DNA of 64,000 nt from Fimbriosthenelais zetlandica. Taxonomy: Eukaryota. The DNA lies in assembly GCA_977030845.1 (NCBI GenBank), contig OZ365113.1, forward strand, positions 25,172,001 to 25,236,000. The letters run 5' to 3'. Under the pieces are notes generated by a model, which did not search any database, was not told the origin of the DNA, and was given only the letters and a program-made list of their open reading frames with translations. Below, one piece after another: positions 1 through 11,000 of the stretch. Position 1 is the first letter of the stretch, and every line of letters begins with the position of its first letter. Both the position numbers and the translations under genes were made by a program.

Positions 1-630
1 TTCTTCATGAGAATCTACCGACGAATTTCAATTTAGGCTCATTTCAGTGATATTAATAAAGAAATATGAACTAAGGTTTTCAGGTCTCGGAACAGCAAAT
101 AGTTTTATTTACAACGCGAGTCAACTATGAAGCTTTTCATACAAGCTATTTACATTTTCTTGGACTTTATTTTATGTTGAAAATGTTTATTCGTCTTTCT
201 AGTGTAGCAGATCGTAGCGAAATCTATAAGACATCTAGGCTATATCTCACCACAGACAGTGGGAGACCTGTTAGGCTTTGATTTCCCAGTTAGCAGCACC
301 GGGTGGAGAAAGACTGATAGCTTTGGTGAATATGAGGCCAGGCCCTCCCTTGTGGGGACATGCATATATATAGTGTTTATTTACCTCCTTGGTGATAAAG
401 CCGACCAGTGCTGGACCAATGATATCTGACATACTGATCCAGACCCATGATGATGCGTACCTGAGGCGAGAGAACAAAATATGAGAACATATCTCAATCA
501 ATATGAAAAGACCAGAAATGTTTAAAACCAATAATAATGCCCTCCTTTATGTTTATAAACCAATTCTGAGTAGCCAGGATGTAAATGTATATTTTCTTGC
601 CATGCATCGTATTCCAAGTATCGCAGGTTA

Positions 631-832
631 ATGGAGAGAAGGGGAGGGGGAGATAGCTGTAGAAAGGGCCGAATCAGAGTGGGGGATGTAGAAGAGAAGA
701 GGGGGGAGATAGCTGTAGGAAGGGGTGAATTAGAGAAGAACATGCGGGAGGGAGGGGGATAGCCGTAGAAAGGGGGCGACTTAGAGAGGAGAGTGTGGGA
801 GAGAAAGAGAGGGAAATAGCTGTAGAAAGGTT
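631..832. repeat. Purine-rich minisatellite, about 55-bp period, 4 imperfect copies of the core GATAGCTGTAGAAAGG
   Basis: The core recurs at about 652, 708, 758 and 816 within GA-rich spacers. Confidence 0.75.
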
Positions 833-1237
833 CCAGCGACAGAAAAGGCTAATGAGGTCGGCATCAATGCCTTGGCAACCACGAATAGGTCAGCCCAGGT
901 CGTTGCCCGATTTTCGCCAAGACATTGGAAGCTTGTCCTTCGAAAGATGACACATTCTGTCGCCTGTCTTTCTCTACTGGCGATAGTGTCGCACGACAGC
1001 TTCTGCTGTGGCCACCCTTGCGACAGGCTTAGAACTGACCTACACCATCCCTCCATTAGAAAAAAAAACTAGAATCCCCTTCCCCACTCGACCCGACCCC
1101 TGGCGAAGGAGATGATGCTACACATACATGATGACTGTATGCCTCGATCCCTCCTCCAGTAAGGAACGAGTCGGTATATTAATATAATCACTCATTGTCG
1201 TCAGGTACTTCAAAGTCTCACTGCTTCACAAGTGTGG

Positions 1238-1385
1238 AGAGAGAGAGAGAGAGAGAGAGAGGGCGACAGACAGAGAGGAGAAAGAGAGAGAGAGAGGGGG
1301 AGAGAGAGAGCGACAGAGAGAGAGGAGGAGGAGCAAGGAAGCGAGAGACAGAGACAGACAGAGATAGAGAGAGAGAAGTTAGAAA
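1238..1385. repeat. Compound (GA)n/(GACA)n microsatellite
   Basis: Seen directly; it accounts for the ERERER/SLSLSL ORFs in the track. Confidence 0.95.
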
Positions 1386-4312
1386 GACATACAGAAAAGA
1401 GAACAATGTTTGTTCGTGTTTAGTGATGCATACGACCTCTTCACTTCCAGGTCAGCAAAAAATCCATTACATCTGCGTGGGGTACAGAGGCGTCCATACA
1501 TGGATGTGAACCTGTCAGGGACTATATATATAAGTTGTATAAACAAGTTCAAAATCACAACTTCACCCCCGACTGCCCACTCTGTCAGCCACGATCACTT
1601 TAGTAGGACATTCATTTCACCACCTACACACCTCACACATTGTCGCTAAGTGTCGTCACCCCCAAAAGAAGTAGGCCTACATCTCTAATACAATTGGGAC
1701 TTCTTGGACTACCGGATAGCTTTACGGCAACACCTCCCTTTACCCTACTCTACCATTCTCATAGCCATAGGAGCTATCAACTTTAAGCCGAGAAAACGCT
1801 TTAAGTGGATACCTAATTTAAAAGAATGGCTGGGAGAAGACGAGTGGCGTGAGTATACATATTGATGTATTATTTTAATAACAATTGTCAGTTTAACCTG
1901 TGTTTGGACAGGTCCGTGAAGAGGAGAGTTGGGTTAGTATGTCATGTGCATGACTAACATTATCCCATACTGGTGTATAGACATAGGGGCGATGGATAAA
2001 CGTGATAATATGCCACATTACTAACCCTCATGACATGCCATTTGACTTCTGTACATTATACATGTATATGATCATATTAACGAGTCTACGTTTTGCCGTG
2101 AGGCTAATCTCAATTTTCCATTAACAAAATGAAAGGAAATGATAGATATGAATGGCTCAAAGGGAATGTGATTGATTAACTATGTCATTATTGAGCTATG
2201 GTTAATTAATAATAAATAAAAATAATTCAGATACTTAAATACAAAGATAAGCATGTCTCAGTGGATATCTAAATCCGTCTTATCCTTTTAATTTTCCTTG
2301 GAAAAATTACTATTAAGTGGATAATTTACCACGATAGACATAACAAGTTTACATGTTGATTTTATAAGATCTAGAACCAAAGATAAGTATATTTGACTAC
2401 AATTTCATATCTCAAAAGCAACGTCAAACTTGCCAAGCTGAAGGCCACAAAATCTAATAGGATATTAGTAGATATTTTAGAGTTATTTGGTAGTTAGGCG
2501 AGGTAGCATATAACCTCATTTCATAGCAGGTGAAATGAATCGTTAGAATCTCCTCGTTCATATGACGCATACATCGGAATATCAATGTAGTCCGTTTCAC
2601 TGCTAGAGGCTAGTTGTGCCGGGTGTACTTTTCTTGGAAACGGCACACATTTTTGTCATACTTTTAGTTATTCTAGCATATAATATTACATTCACTTGTT
2701 TTCCAACTTAAAATAATCTTAGTCTAACAGGTATCGAATGTTTGCGTATACCTAAGCAGCAAGGATAAGTCAATATTGAAAGACCGTTATCATTCATAAT
2801 ATCCAGATATTTTTGTCTGCTATTTTTTGACGGAGGGACACCCCGTCATTCCAGACAGACCCGAGAATAATATCTTGCAAATATTTCTGGATTGTCTTAC
2901 TTGCATCAAGAAGCGTGCATGGGTATTTCTGAATTTAATCTTTCTGAAATTAATAGGGAAAACATTAACAAGTCAAAAACATTTATCTACCCTATGAGGA
3001 CATTATAGCAGATTCACAATGATAGCAGTTGGGTCTATGATGAAATGCAATACATAATCAAGTTAAGGACTCTTACGTAGCACTTGGCTATATAAAATTT
3101 TGCTTAGCACAGTTGGCATCCATGTATCCTTAGACTAAGCAAGCTGAAACCCCATCTCCCACCTAGCATTAGGGACATAGGACATGAAGGGACTGTTAAT
3201 TACAAATATTTAGGTCTTTTTAATCATAACATTGCACCAAGCTCTACCTGCATGGAACGCTGGCCGGACGAGGAAGTTTACAAATGAGAAAAAAACTTGT
3301 GTTTGTAATCTATTTTGTCTGTGGCCTGCCCACTGTGTAATTCCGGAGACCATGGGGGGTACTCCTCATGTCACTCAACGATCAGTTTTTGAAAATGAAA
3401 ATAAAATCCCCCTTCCGATTAATGAAGGCATTGTACAGTGGCATTTTCCGGGGAAAAGGTCCGAAAGGCAAGACTATTTGAGAGGCTAGAAATATACTAT
3501 CACTCTGTATCGCTTGGGCAAACCGCCTCTGTGTGGGCCCAGCAATATAAGAACAATGCATCTCGAGTAACTTTCCTTCTGGATGTTTCAGTAAACATGA
3601 ATTGTAAAACCCAATTAAGGAAGTGGGTCACTAAAATGTACACGTACCATTATTTCAAACTAAACCCAGAATTTACCTCACTTAAGGGTAAAAGAGACCC
3701 CCTGTAGTACAATTTACAAGGGAAACTGGCTCTGTTATGTGTGTAATGTCATTGTTACTTCCTGAGCCCAAACACATTCTTGGCTTACCTCTGGCCAGCC
3801 CGTAGACCTGCCAAAGTCTAGCCCAAGTGGCTAATTCAATTCTAGACTCAAAATGAACACATTACCATCTGTTATATGGCCCGTAGATATAAGCAGTAGA
3901 TGGTTAGCGAAACGTTTTGAAGCGAAATTGCATGCATCTTTATAACTACAAAACATATTGATGAAGAAACTAGGGTTTAATTCTGCATAACAATGTAATA
4001 ATGTAGGCCAAGATCCATTTTTACAAGAATTGTCAGAGGTATGTCAGAAACTTAGGTATTAGCTAAGGCAATTTTTTATTATTTAGAGAGGAAAACTTAA
4101 ATTCAAATAAATAATATTGTTTGCATTGCATAGTTTTAGTGTTTGCACACCTGCAATTATGTGAGTGAGAAAACAAGTGGGACAAATCACCGAATCCAGT
4201 ATTGGATGGGGTGGGGTGGGGCGGTGGGGGTGGGGGGAAACTTTATGATTATAATCATGTTCTATTGGAGTTTTACTTGTCCTGTAAGAATATTGTTTTA
4301 TATAATTTCCAG

Positions 4313-4522
4313 ACCTGAAGTACAGAAGTTATTTGACAAGTACACGCCAGATGGAGTGATCGCCAGACGGCTACCGAGAGTGAACGCTCTCAAGTTGATG
4401 GACATTGAGTTAGGGCTGAGGGGCTCACGAGCAGAGGAGATCTTTAACCACTTTGACGCTGACCAGAATGGCTACTTGAGTTTGTGGGAGTTCCAACACT
4501 TTGTAACTGTCATAGGAGCCAG
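4313..4522 (+). CDS. EF-hand calcium-binding protein, internal coding exon (phase 2 to phase 2)
   Basis: Acceptor ataatttccAG|4313 and donor AG|GTGAGT at 4523. Encodes PEVQKLFDKY...IFNHFDADQNGYLSLWEFQHF, which contains a canonical 12-residue EF loop (D-x-D-x-N-G-Y-L-S-x-x-E). Confidence 0.85.
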
Positions 4523-4716
4523 GTGAGTTTAGAAGATAATATCAAATCAGTTTATATTCAATAAAATTCAATCTGCCGTATAAAATTGGGATGAAAGTCC
4601 ATTGGTATGCTATTTACCATATATAATATTTTTTAAGATTTTTTAATATTGAAGACTTGTGTAAACCTTGTTTTTTTAACAATTAAAACAGAAGTGATTC
4701 CTGCTCTCTCTTCCAG

Positions 4717-4966
4717 CCCCGAGAAATGTACTGATCTGATCTCACAGTTTGAGCAGGCAGGTGGCGCTAGCAGCGCTACGCTTAGTGCTAAACAGGTCCG
4801 TGCAACACTCGACTCACTGGCGCTGCCTAGTGGCGAACCCTTCAACGACAAGGAGAAGGATTTCTTCATGTCCTCATCGGGAGCAAACATGGGAGACTTC
4901 AGCTTTGGTCATTTCGCCGATTTGTTGGCGCGAATTAGACTTTATAAAAGACCAGAAAAGAAATGA
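4717..4966 (+). CDS. EF-hand calcium-binding protein, terminal coding exon
   Basis: Acceptor ctctctcttccAG|4717 is phase-compatible with the previous exon (AG+C = Ser), whereas the alternative AG at 4690-4691 is not. The frame is open to TGA at 4964-4966 and contains two degenerate helix-loop-helix segments. Confidence 0.8.
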
Positions 4967-5364
4967 GGTCCTTAAATAATGGTCTTGTTTCAATTTCATA
5001 ATAATATTCATCTATTCTTTGTAAATATATGCGGTGCAGGCCTGTTGTTTTGTATGCATCATTAATTTGTATTTCTTGAATTTCAATAATATATTTCAAG
5101 GATATTAATGTCATGCGTGATATTCTTTTTCATCATTCTATTTCTTAGATTTCATTATTCGAAATCATTATATTGCCTGGAATATAATATCATATTACTT
5201 GCCTTCAATGCTATACGTGTACATGTGCACTGTATACTTTCCACGTTTCCATGCGACATTAAAATGTTCATTACAATCTGCTTGTCCCGACTCTTAATTC
5301 TTGTTTATCATGACAATAGGTCATGAACACGCCATCACTTTACTCACTGCATTCTCAAAATAAT

Positions 5365-5384
5365 TTTATTTTTGACATTTTATT
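5365..5384 (-). promoter_or_regulatory. Two AATAAA polyadenylation signals of the lipocalin gene
   Basis: TTTATT on the + strand at 5365-5370 and 5379-5384, 60-80 nt past the lipocalin stop codon. Confidence 0.6.
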
Positions 5385-5445
5385 GAGCTCCTGCAGTCAG
5401 TAAAATTAGGATAATAATGATTATTATTATTATAATAGGCTGTGA

Positions 5446-5690
5446 TCAGTGTGAAGGTTTAGGTGCATACACACAGTCATCCTCATGGTATGTTTCAATA
5501 GGTCTGTTCAGGAAAGAATTGAACCCATTGTTCTTCAAAAACTCGAGGACTTCCGCCTCGTGTTTGTCACGGAAGGTTGTCACGTCCCGAGCGAGAACGA
5601 AGAGGTTGATCCTCAGAGGTTCAGTGACCACTGAATACTCATACAGACCTTCATCCCCGTACGTCTTGGGTCCCAACTTGATGACCCAAT
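5446..5690 (-). CDS. Apolipoprotein D-like lipocalin, exon 4 (terminal)
   Basis: Acceptor aaaaatcAG|AT TGG (phase 1). Encodes YWVIKLGPKTYG...YEYSVVT...LFVLARD (lipocalin SCR2/SCR3-type motifs) and a C-terminal Cys, then the stop codon. Confidence 0.92.
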
Positions 5691-6506
5691 CTGATTTTTA
5701 AATAGACATTATTCAGTAAAATAAACTTCGTTACAATTGTTGGCTAAATCAACATTGGTCAAATCGCCTATAATAAATTGATATAAATTTAGATTTTTTC
5801 CAATGTACTACCTTTCCACTATATTCATTTATTTCTTTAATTAGAATCAAATTCCTCTATCATATGCATGGAAATTTTCAACATATGATAGATGATATCC
5901 CAATAACTTCCAGGCCTGATACCTCATACCTCACCCTATCACCAATGCCATCTCATTTATCTCATTAATCATCATTTCATCAAACTCCTTTTTTGTTGTT
6001 ACTTGTTACTTGTTGCTTAATTTTTCGTCTTATCATAATCTACGTATCTATATAATATATACTGATTACACTGAAAACCTACTTTGTAGAATGTAATCAG
6101 AATAATTCAAATAAAAAAAAAATTTAAAAAAAATCAGTCCAGGACTGTCCTTTGTCGGCTGGCTCCCCTGGATTTTCTGTCGCATCAAATGTAACTGCAC
6201 TAGCAGGGGCCTTATGTATGAGGGGTGATTATAGTATTTTTCTCTATTAGTGACTGGTGTGGCAGGTATGGAATTTAAAGCCATAGGGATGGCCGCAACA
6301 CAATCGCAAAATCATCTAAGGCAAAAGAAAAACACCTAGCTGTGGAGCAAGTGAGATTACCTAGTGATGTCGCCATCTGGAGGTATGCGGGGACATCATT
6401 GCTTACTCTTTTTTGTCAAAAATACTTGTATTATTCACACATCATCTCAAGATATATTTTGACACTTTATCTAACAACTTTACAGATAATGCGAACGTAT
6501 ACTTAC

Positions 6507-6659
6507 AATCGCCTTGCCCTACGCCGTCCAAGTTAACGTACAACTTTCCAGGTTCGGGTGTGGTGTAGGCGAATCCATGGATATCATCGAGAGCTCCAGT
6601 GGGGATCTTGTGTCGGTTAGCATTGTACACAGTCACCGTCGAGGCATTGTGAAGACCGT
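6507..6659 (-). CDS. Apolipoprotein D-like lipocalin, exon 3
   Basis: Acceptor attacAG|AC and donor T|GTAAGT, phase 1 to 1. Encodes YGLHNASTVTVYN...IHGFAYTTPEPGKLYVNLDGVGQGD. Confidence 0.92.
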
Positions 6660-6912
6660 CTGTAATTCATGAAATCAATCCATCTTAATTAAAGGAAGAT
6701 GAAACACAAGGTATATAGTTATTTTCCTAAGTATTTCTGACTTAGAATGCTTGATTACAATAATAATTACAGCCGTCTAATGTTTCAGTAGAGAGAGATC
6801 AATTCCTAAATTATTTTTAGCGTTTCGGTCGCGTTGATCGGGGAAACTTACGGACTCTTTTTCTTGTTAATGTTAATACATGTATTTTATCTATAGAGAA
6901 ATTCAGACTCAC

Positions 6913-6976
6913 AATCAGCTGTTACACAAACGGCATCCTTCTCATATGTTGCCATGACAAATGGACTAGCGTGCGT
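6913..6976 (-). CDS. Apolipoprotein D-like lipocalin, exon 2 (64 bp, absent from the ORF track)
   Basis: Acceptor cttgtttttcAG| and donor T|GTGAGT, phase 0 to 1, exactly bridging exons 1 and 3. Encodes THASPFVMATYEKDAVCVTAD with the conserved C-V-x-A-x-Y motif. Confidence 0.9.
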
Positions 6977-7103
6977 CTGAAAAACAAGATCATTAAATAA
7001 AATAATCAGTATAATAGTAATCTATAAAGTAAAACAATGCTTTAGCCTATGGTTGTACAATGGCCTGTTAGTAAACTTATAAAATAATGTATTATAACCC
7101 TAC

Positions 7104-7226
7104 TTGGTACCATCTCCCAAGATATTTTGACAGGTCAAGTTCAGGGACAGTGTCTGGGAAGATGCCTTGCTGAGCATAGCTAGCGCCAAAACAGACCGCC
7201 AAGATGAGACCAAGAAGAGATGCCAT
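7104..7226 (-). CDS. Apolipoprotein D-like lipocalin, exon 1 (signal peptide plus GxW motif)
   Basis: ATG at 7226, hydrophobic signal peptide MASLLGLILAVCFGASYA, then VPELDLSKYLGRWYQ (lipocalin SCR1) and donor CAA|GTAGGG. The four exons total 585 nt, i.e. 194 aa plus stop. Confidence 0.93.
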
Positions 7227-7278
7227 GTTGAAAGTTGAGGTGAGAGGGAGTTCAGAAATCTGGTGAAAATTCCCAGGC

Positions 7279-7285
7279 ATTTATA
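7279..7285 (-). promoter_or_regulatory. Putative TATA box of the lipocalin gene
   Basis: TATAAAT on the - strand, about 55 nt upstream of the ATG. Confidence 0.55.
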
Positions 7286-7670
7286 CAGAAGTAGCCTGAT
7301 TTGCTATCTTATCACGATTCAACCTACGAGAATTATCCCAGTTTGTAGAATAATAATTACTATAACTTGATTAATTGTGCGAAAGATATGGAATGTTTCA
7401 ACCAGAAGCCTACATATGCAGAATGAACGGCCACTTATCAGTAACCTCTGTTACGAAACTAACCACCTCTTATCAGTAGGCTAACTCCTGTTACGAAACT
7501 AACAGGTCAACACCTGTGTCGTTCCCTCGTCCTCGTCACAGATGTTTCTGATGCCCATTCTTACATGTTTAATTAACCTCATTCATGTACAAATTTGTCA
7601 TTGAATTCATAACACCTGCGAAATATTTCCAGGTTATTATAGGAAAGGTAAGGGCCTTAACTTCTTTTAT

Positions 7671-7718
7671 ACGGCCCATGTACATTGCCGTTGCACGGCC
7701 CATGTACATTGCCGTTGC
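7671..7718. repeat. Perfect tandem duplication, 2 x 24 bp (ACGGCCCATGTACATTGCCGTTGC)
   Basis: Seen directly. Confidence 0.95.
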
Positions 7719-7938
7719 GTGGGAGGCACGTAAGTCCCTGGCGAGATTTTCATTAATTTTGGACAAAATCTGCAGAGGCCTCTTTCAAAAGAATGGTATG
7801 CTTTATTGGTCCATAGACTTAACATTGGCTAATAAAGCGCAAGTTTCTTCTGAAATGGAACTCAGGTCTCAGACCGACTTTTATGGGGATGGTGGCCGTT
7901 GTGTTGGAGTAAGATCAGATCTTGCTGCAACTCAAGGA

Positions 7939-8004
7939 GCACAGAAGGGCTTGGCCATCCTCCAAGCACAAGAGGGCTTGGCCATCCTCCAAGCACAGAG
8001 GGCT
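7939..8004. repeat. Tandem repeat with a 27-bp period (AGGGCTTGGCCATCCTCCAAGCACA core), about 2.4 copies
   Basis: The core is at 7946-7970 and 7973-7997. Confidence 0.9.
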
Positions 8005-11000
8005 GAAGAAGCACAGTGTGCAATTGTGCATGGTTCGGAAAATATATTTAGGCCTAAGATGACACATATTTATTGCCCAGGGTCGTTAAGAAGGTAGTAT
8101 AAAAAGGGGATCCTCTCCTCTGTGTCTCAGAGTCTCTCTCATCTTCCTTCACTCCCTCTCTCTCTACATCTACTCTCAAGCAACCTCTATCAACCTATCG
8201 GAGCCTGGAGACCATAGGCAATATCTAAATATTATACACTTAAAACCCCACCACGAGACACAGAGAGAGAACACCCTTCCTGCAATAGTCTAGGTACGTG
8301 TAATAGTTAACATTACATATAACCTAAATATCACCCATTGCCTTGTACTCTTCACCCTCAATAAATGTTGGAACTGTAATGATTTTTTTTAGTTGATTTC
8401 CATCATTGACGATCCAGTCGGTACCGTCTCTACTACCTAGCTCCCCAAAGTAGTGTAGAGCAAAGCACATATAATAACACCCATACAACACCTTCGCAAC
8501 ACACCGTTATAACTACATATATAGTGGGTGTGGCGCTAGAGTATAGCTTCGATGTATAACTATCATGTTGTAGCGTACACAATGTTAAAAGATCTTAGAA
8601 ATAGTTAATAGCCACCTAGCGTACTACATGTATAACAACATTGCTTCCAAAGTACGTTCAGGCAATGAGGCACCCAAACGCCCTCTACCCTCTAGCATGT
8701 GTACTTGATTCCGAGCTGTGGACGTAGGCTATCCTATAAGGCATATTATAGTATCAAACATGTGTCATAAATTCCCCCTATTTAGGGAGGATCCATTCCA
8801 TGCCCCAACATTTAACTCGGGTGAGTTGTTTAGGTTTAATTATATAATTACCAACTGAATGAGGAGCTCTTCCGTCATCTGTTGTGCCTGAGTTCATCTA
8901 GGTGGCGCCACCGCATACACTTCCCACCACAGTTTTGCTCTAGACTGCAGCCACCGCTGCTGCTTTCAAAGCCTCAACTTGAACCTGTGGGAAAATAACT
9001 CCAATTACTAGATAATTCTTTAATGTGGAAAGATTATTCTTTTTCTAGAATCTATTATGAACATTACATGAATTGATTTTTGTTGAATATTTCGTATTCT
9101 TTTGTTCTCTAATAGTCAGTTCTTCCTTATTATGATGTCCCATGATTTATGAACAAGTTTCAAGCAGCGGATTTGATTTCGCATTTATAGAAAGGTGTGT
9201 GTGTAGGAAGGGTGGGAGGGGGGGACAAGAGGGGTTCTTATAAGCTCCCCAGACCCTCATAGGGCAACATGTATTACCTTACCATGTAGTGACACTGACC
9301 AGTTTATAAATTATGATCAATGATATCCAAATTATAAAAATGGTTCCCCTACCACACCCCACCCACATTCCCTATTATTATGGATCAAGTCATGCAGTCC
9401 TCCCTTTTCTTCCCCTTACTCACTTTTTTCCGGGCGACATTTTACTTTTTCTCTGCGTATGGAATTTCTTTCTTTGTGTCGGGATTTACTACAACGATGA
9501 TCGACCCTCGACATCCGACCTAGACATGGTTACCATCCGTCCTCCCCTTGATCCATCACAAAATATCCCATCAACCCCCATACACTCACCTCATAAACCA
9601 AATCCCAACTGACCCTTTTATATCCCCCTCCTCCCTTCCCTCACCCTTCCCCCCTTTTAATTTTATTTTTTTCAGTAGAAATATTTCCATCCATTGCTTT
9701 TTGGCCACGCACCAGTTCACTGACGTTATATTATTGCACTATTAACGACAGCACGATTCTCTGTGATTTATGGAATCTTGCTCAGATTTCTTTGAGGGCA
9801 CCTATCAATTGCATGCCATAAGCTCGGGATTCTTTTATGTGTCATCTTCAAGTGTGAGCTATGCGTATATAAAGCCCCTGGCTTGGCCCCCCGTTTAGGG
9901 AAGGGCCTTAAATGATGACCTTATGGCAGTATACGCATACATACGATACCGAGTATTTCATACCAGTGACCTCTATATGCATAATAAATCTCTCCATGCC
10001 AGAATAACAGGTCTTCAATTTGATAACGGACCCGGTGTATATTGGTTAAAACGAGTCCTTTCACCTTCTGCATAACTTAGGTCATTCCTCATCTATGAAT
10101 GCCAAATCCAATTTTCACATCTTCTAAATTTAACCACCTTTCCTGTCACTAATTTGACAGAAAGAGTGAATGATCAATTAAGGTCTTTCCGATATTCATG
10201 ATGCAAAAAGATCGGCCTTATTCTATTTGCGAAATCCTGGAACCGCCCCTGTGTAAAAAAAAAAATGCAAGGTTTATTTGTGGAAATGTGGAAGAATTTG
10301 AATATCTGAAGGCCATCTTTGACATGAGATAGGAATCAAGGAAGGACATGTATAATAAGCGGCTTTACGCCTGACTTCTAGCTGGAATTATCTACCATTC
10401 AAATAGTGAATCGACCACACAAGGCATGCAGCTCCCAGAGTGAGAACACACCATGGCATCCAACATCCAGCTCACAAAAACCGGTGTTACTTACTATTAA
10501 TGTCCCGAAACTCAAAGTGAACCAGCATTTTATGTCCGAACTTGTTTAGTCACCATTTTGGTTTATGGATCATTTGTATAACCCTCCAAGAAAGCGAGTG
10601 ATATGAAATCAGATAGATTGAAACGATATATTTAATCATGCTATTTAATCATGCAAATTATTAGAAAATATAATATATAAGATAACAATTATAAAAGGAC
10701 ATTTTCAGTTGAATCTGAAAGAAAATCATGATACAATAGCTGAATACCCATGGATCATTACGTATAAAGGCTAGTGAAGGAAACATGAAGAGGAAGGACA
10801 TTATTTCATGCGACACCGGCACCCAGCAGTCGTCGACAGCATCAGCTTGACAGCCTCCTACACCTTAATACAACTAGGCCAGAAAAAATACAAACAGCTG
10901 AAAGTATCAGCCAGGGATTTAACAAAAACACTTTTATGATTTTACATACCACGTAGTGATAGACATTAAATCCTTTAAAATAAACAAAACATCCTTACAT

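Noticed and set aside
1195-1509. ORFs with ERERER/SLSLSL runs here and at 41159-41563, 56690-56961 and 63628-63975
   Set aside because: They are translations of GA/CT microsatellites, with no splice or homology support.
7585-8097. 170-aa + strand ORF, the longest ORF outside the Sall region
   Set aside because: It begins in AT-rich sequence, its internal repeats come from 24- and 27-bp tandem duplications, and it has no recognisable domain.
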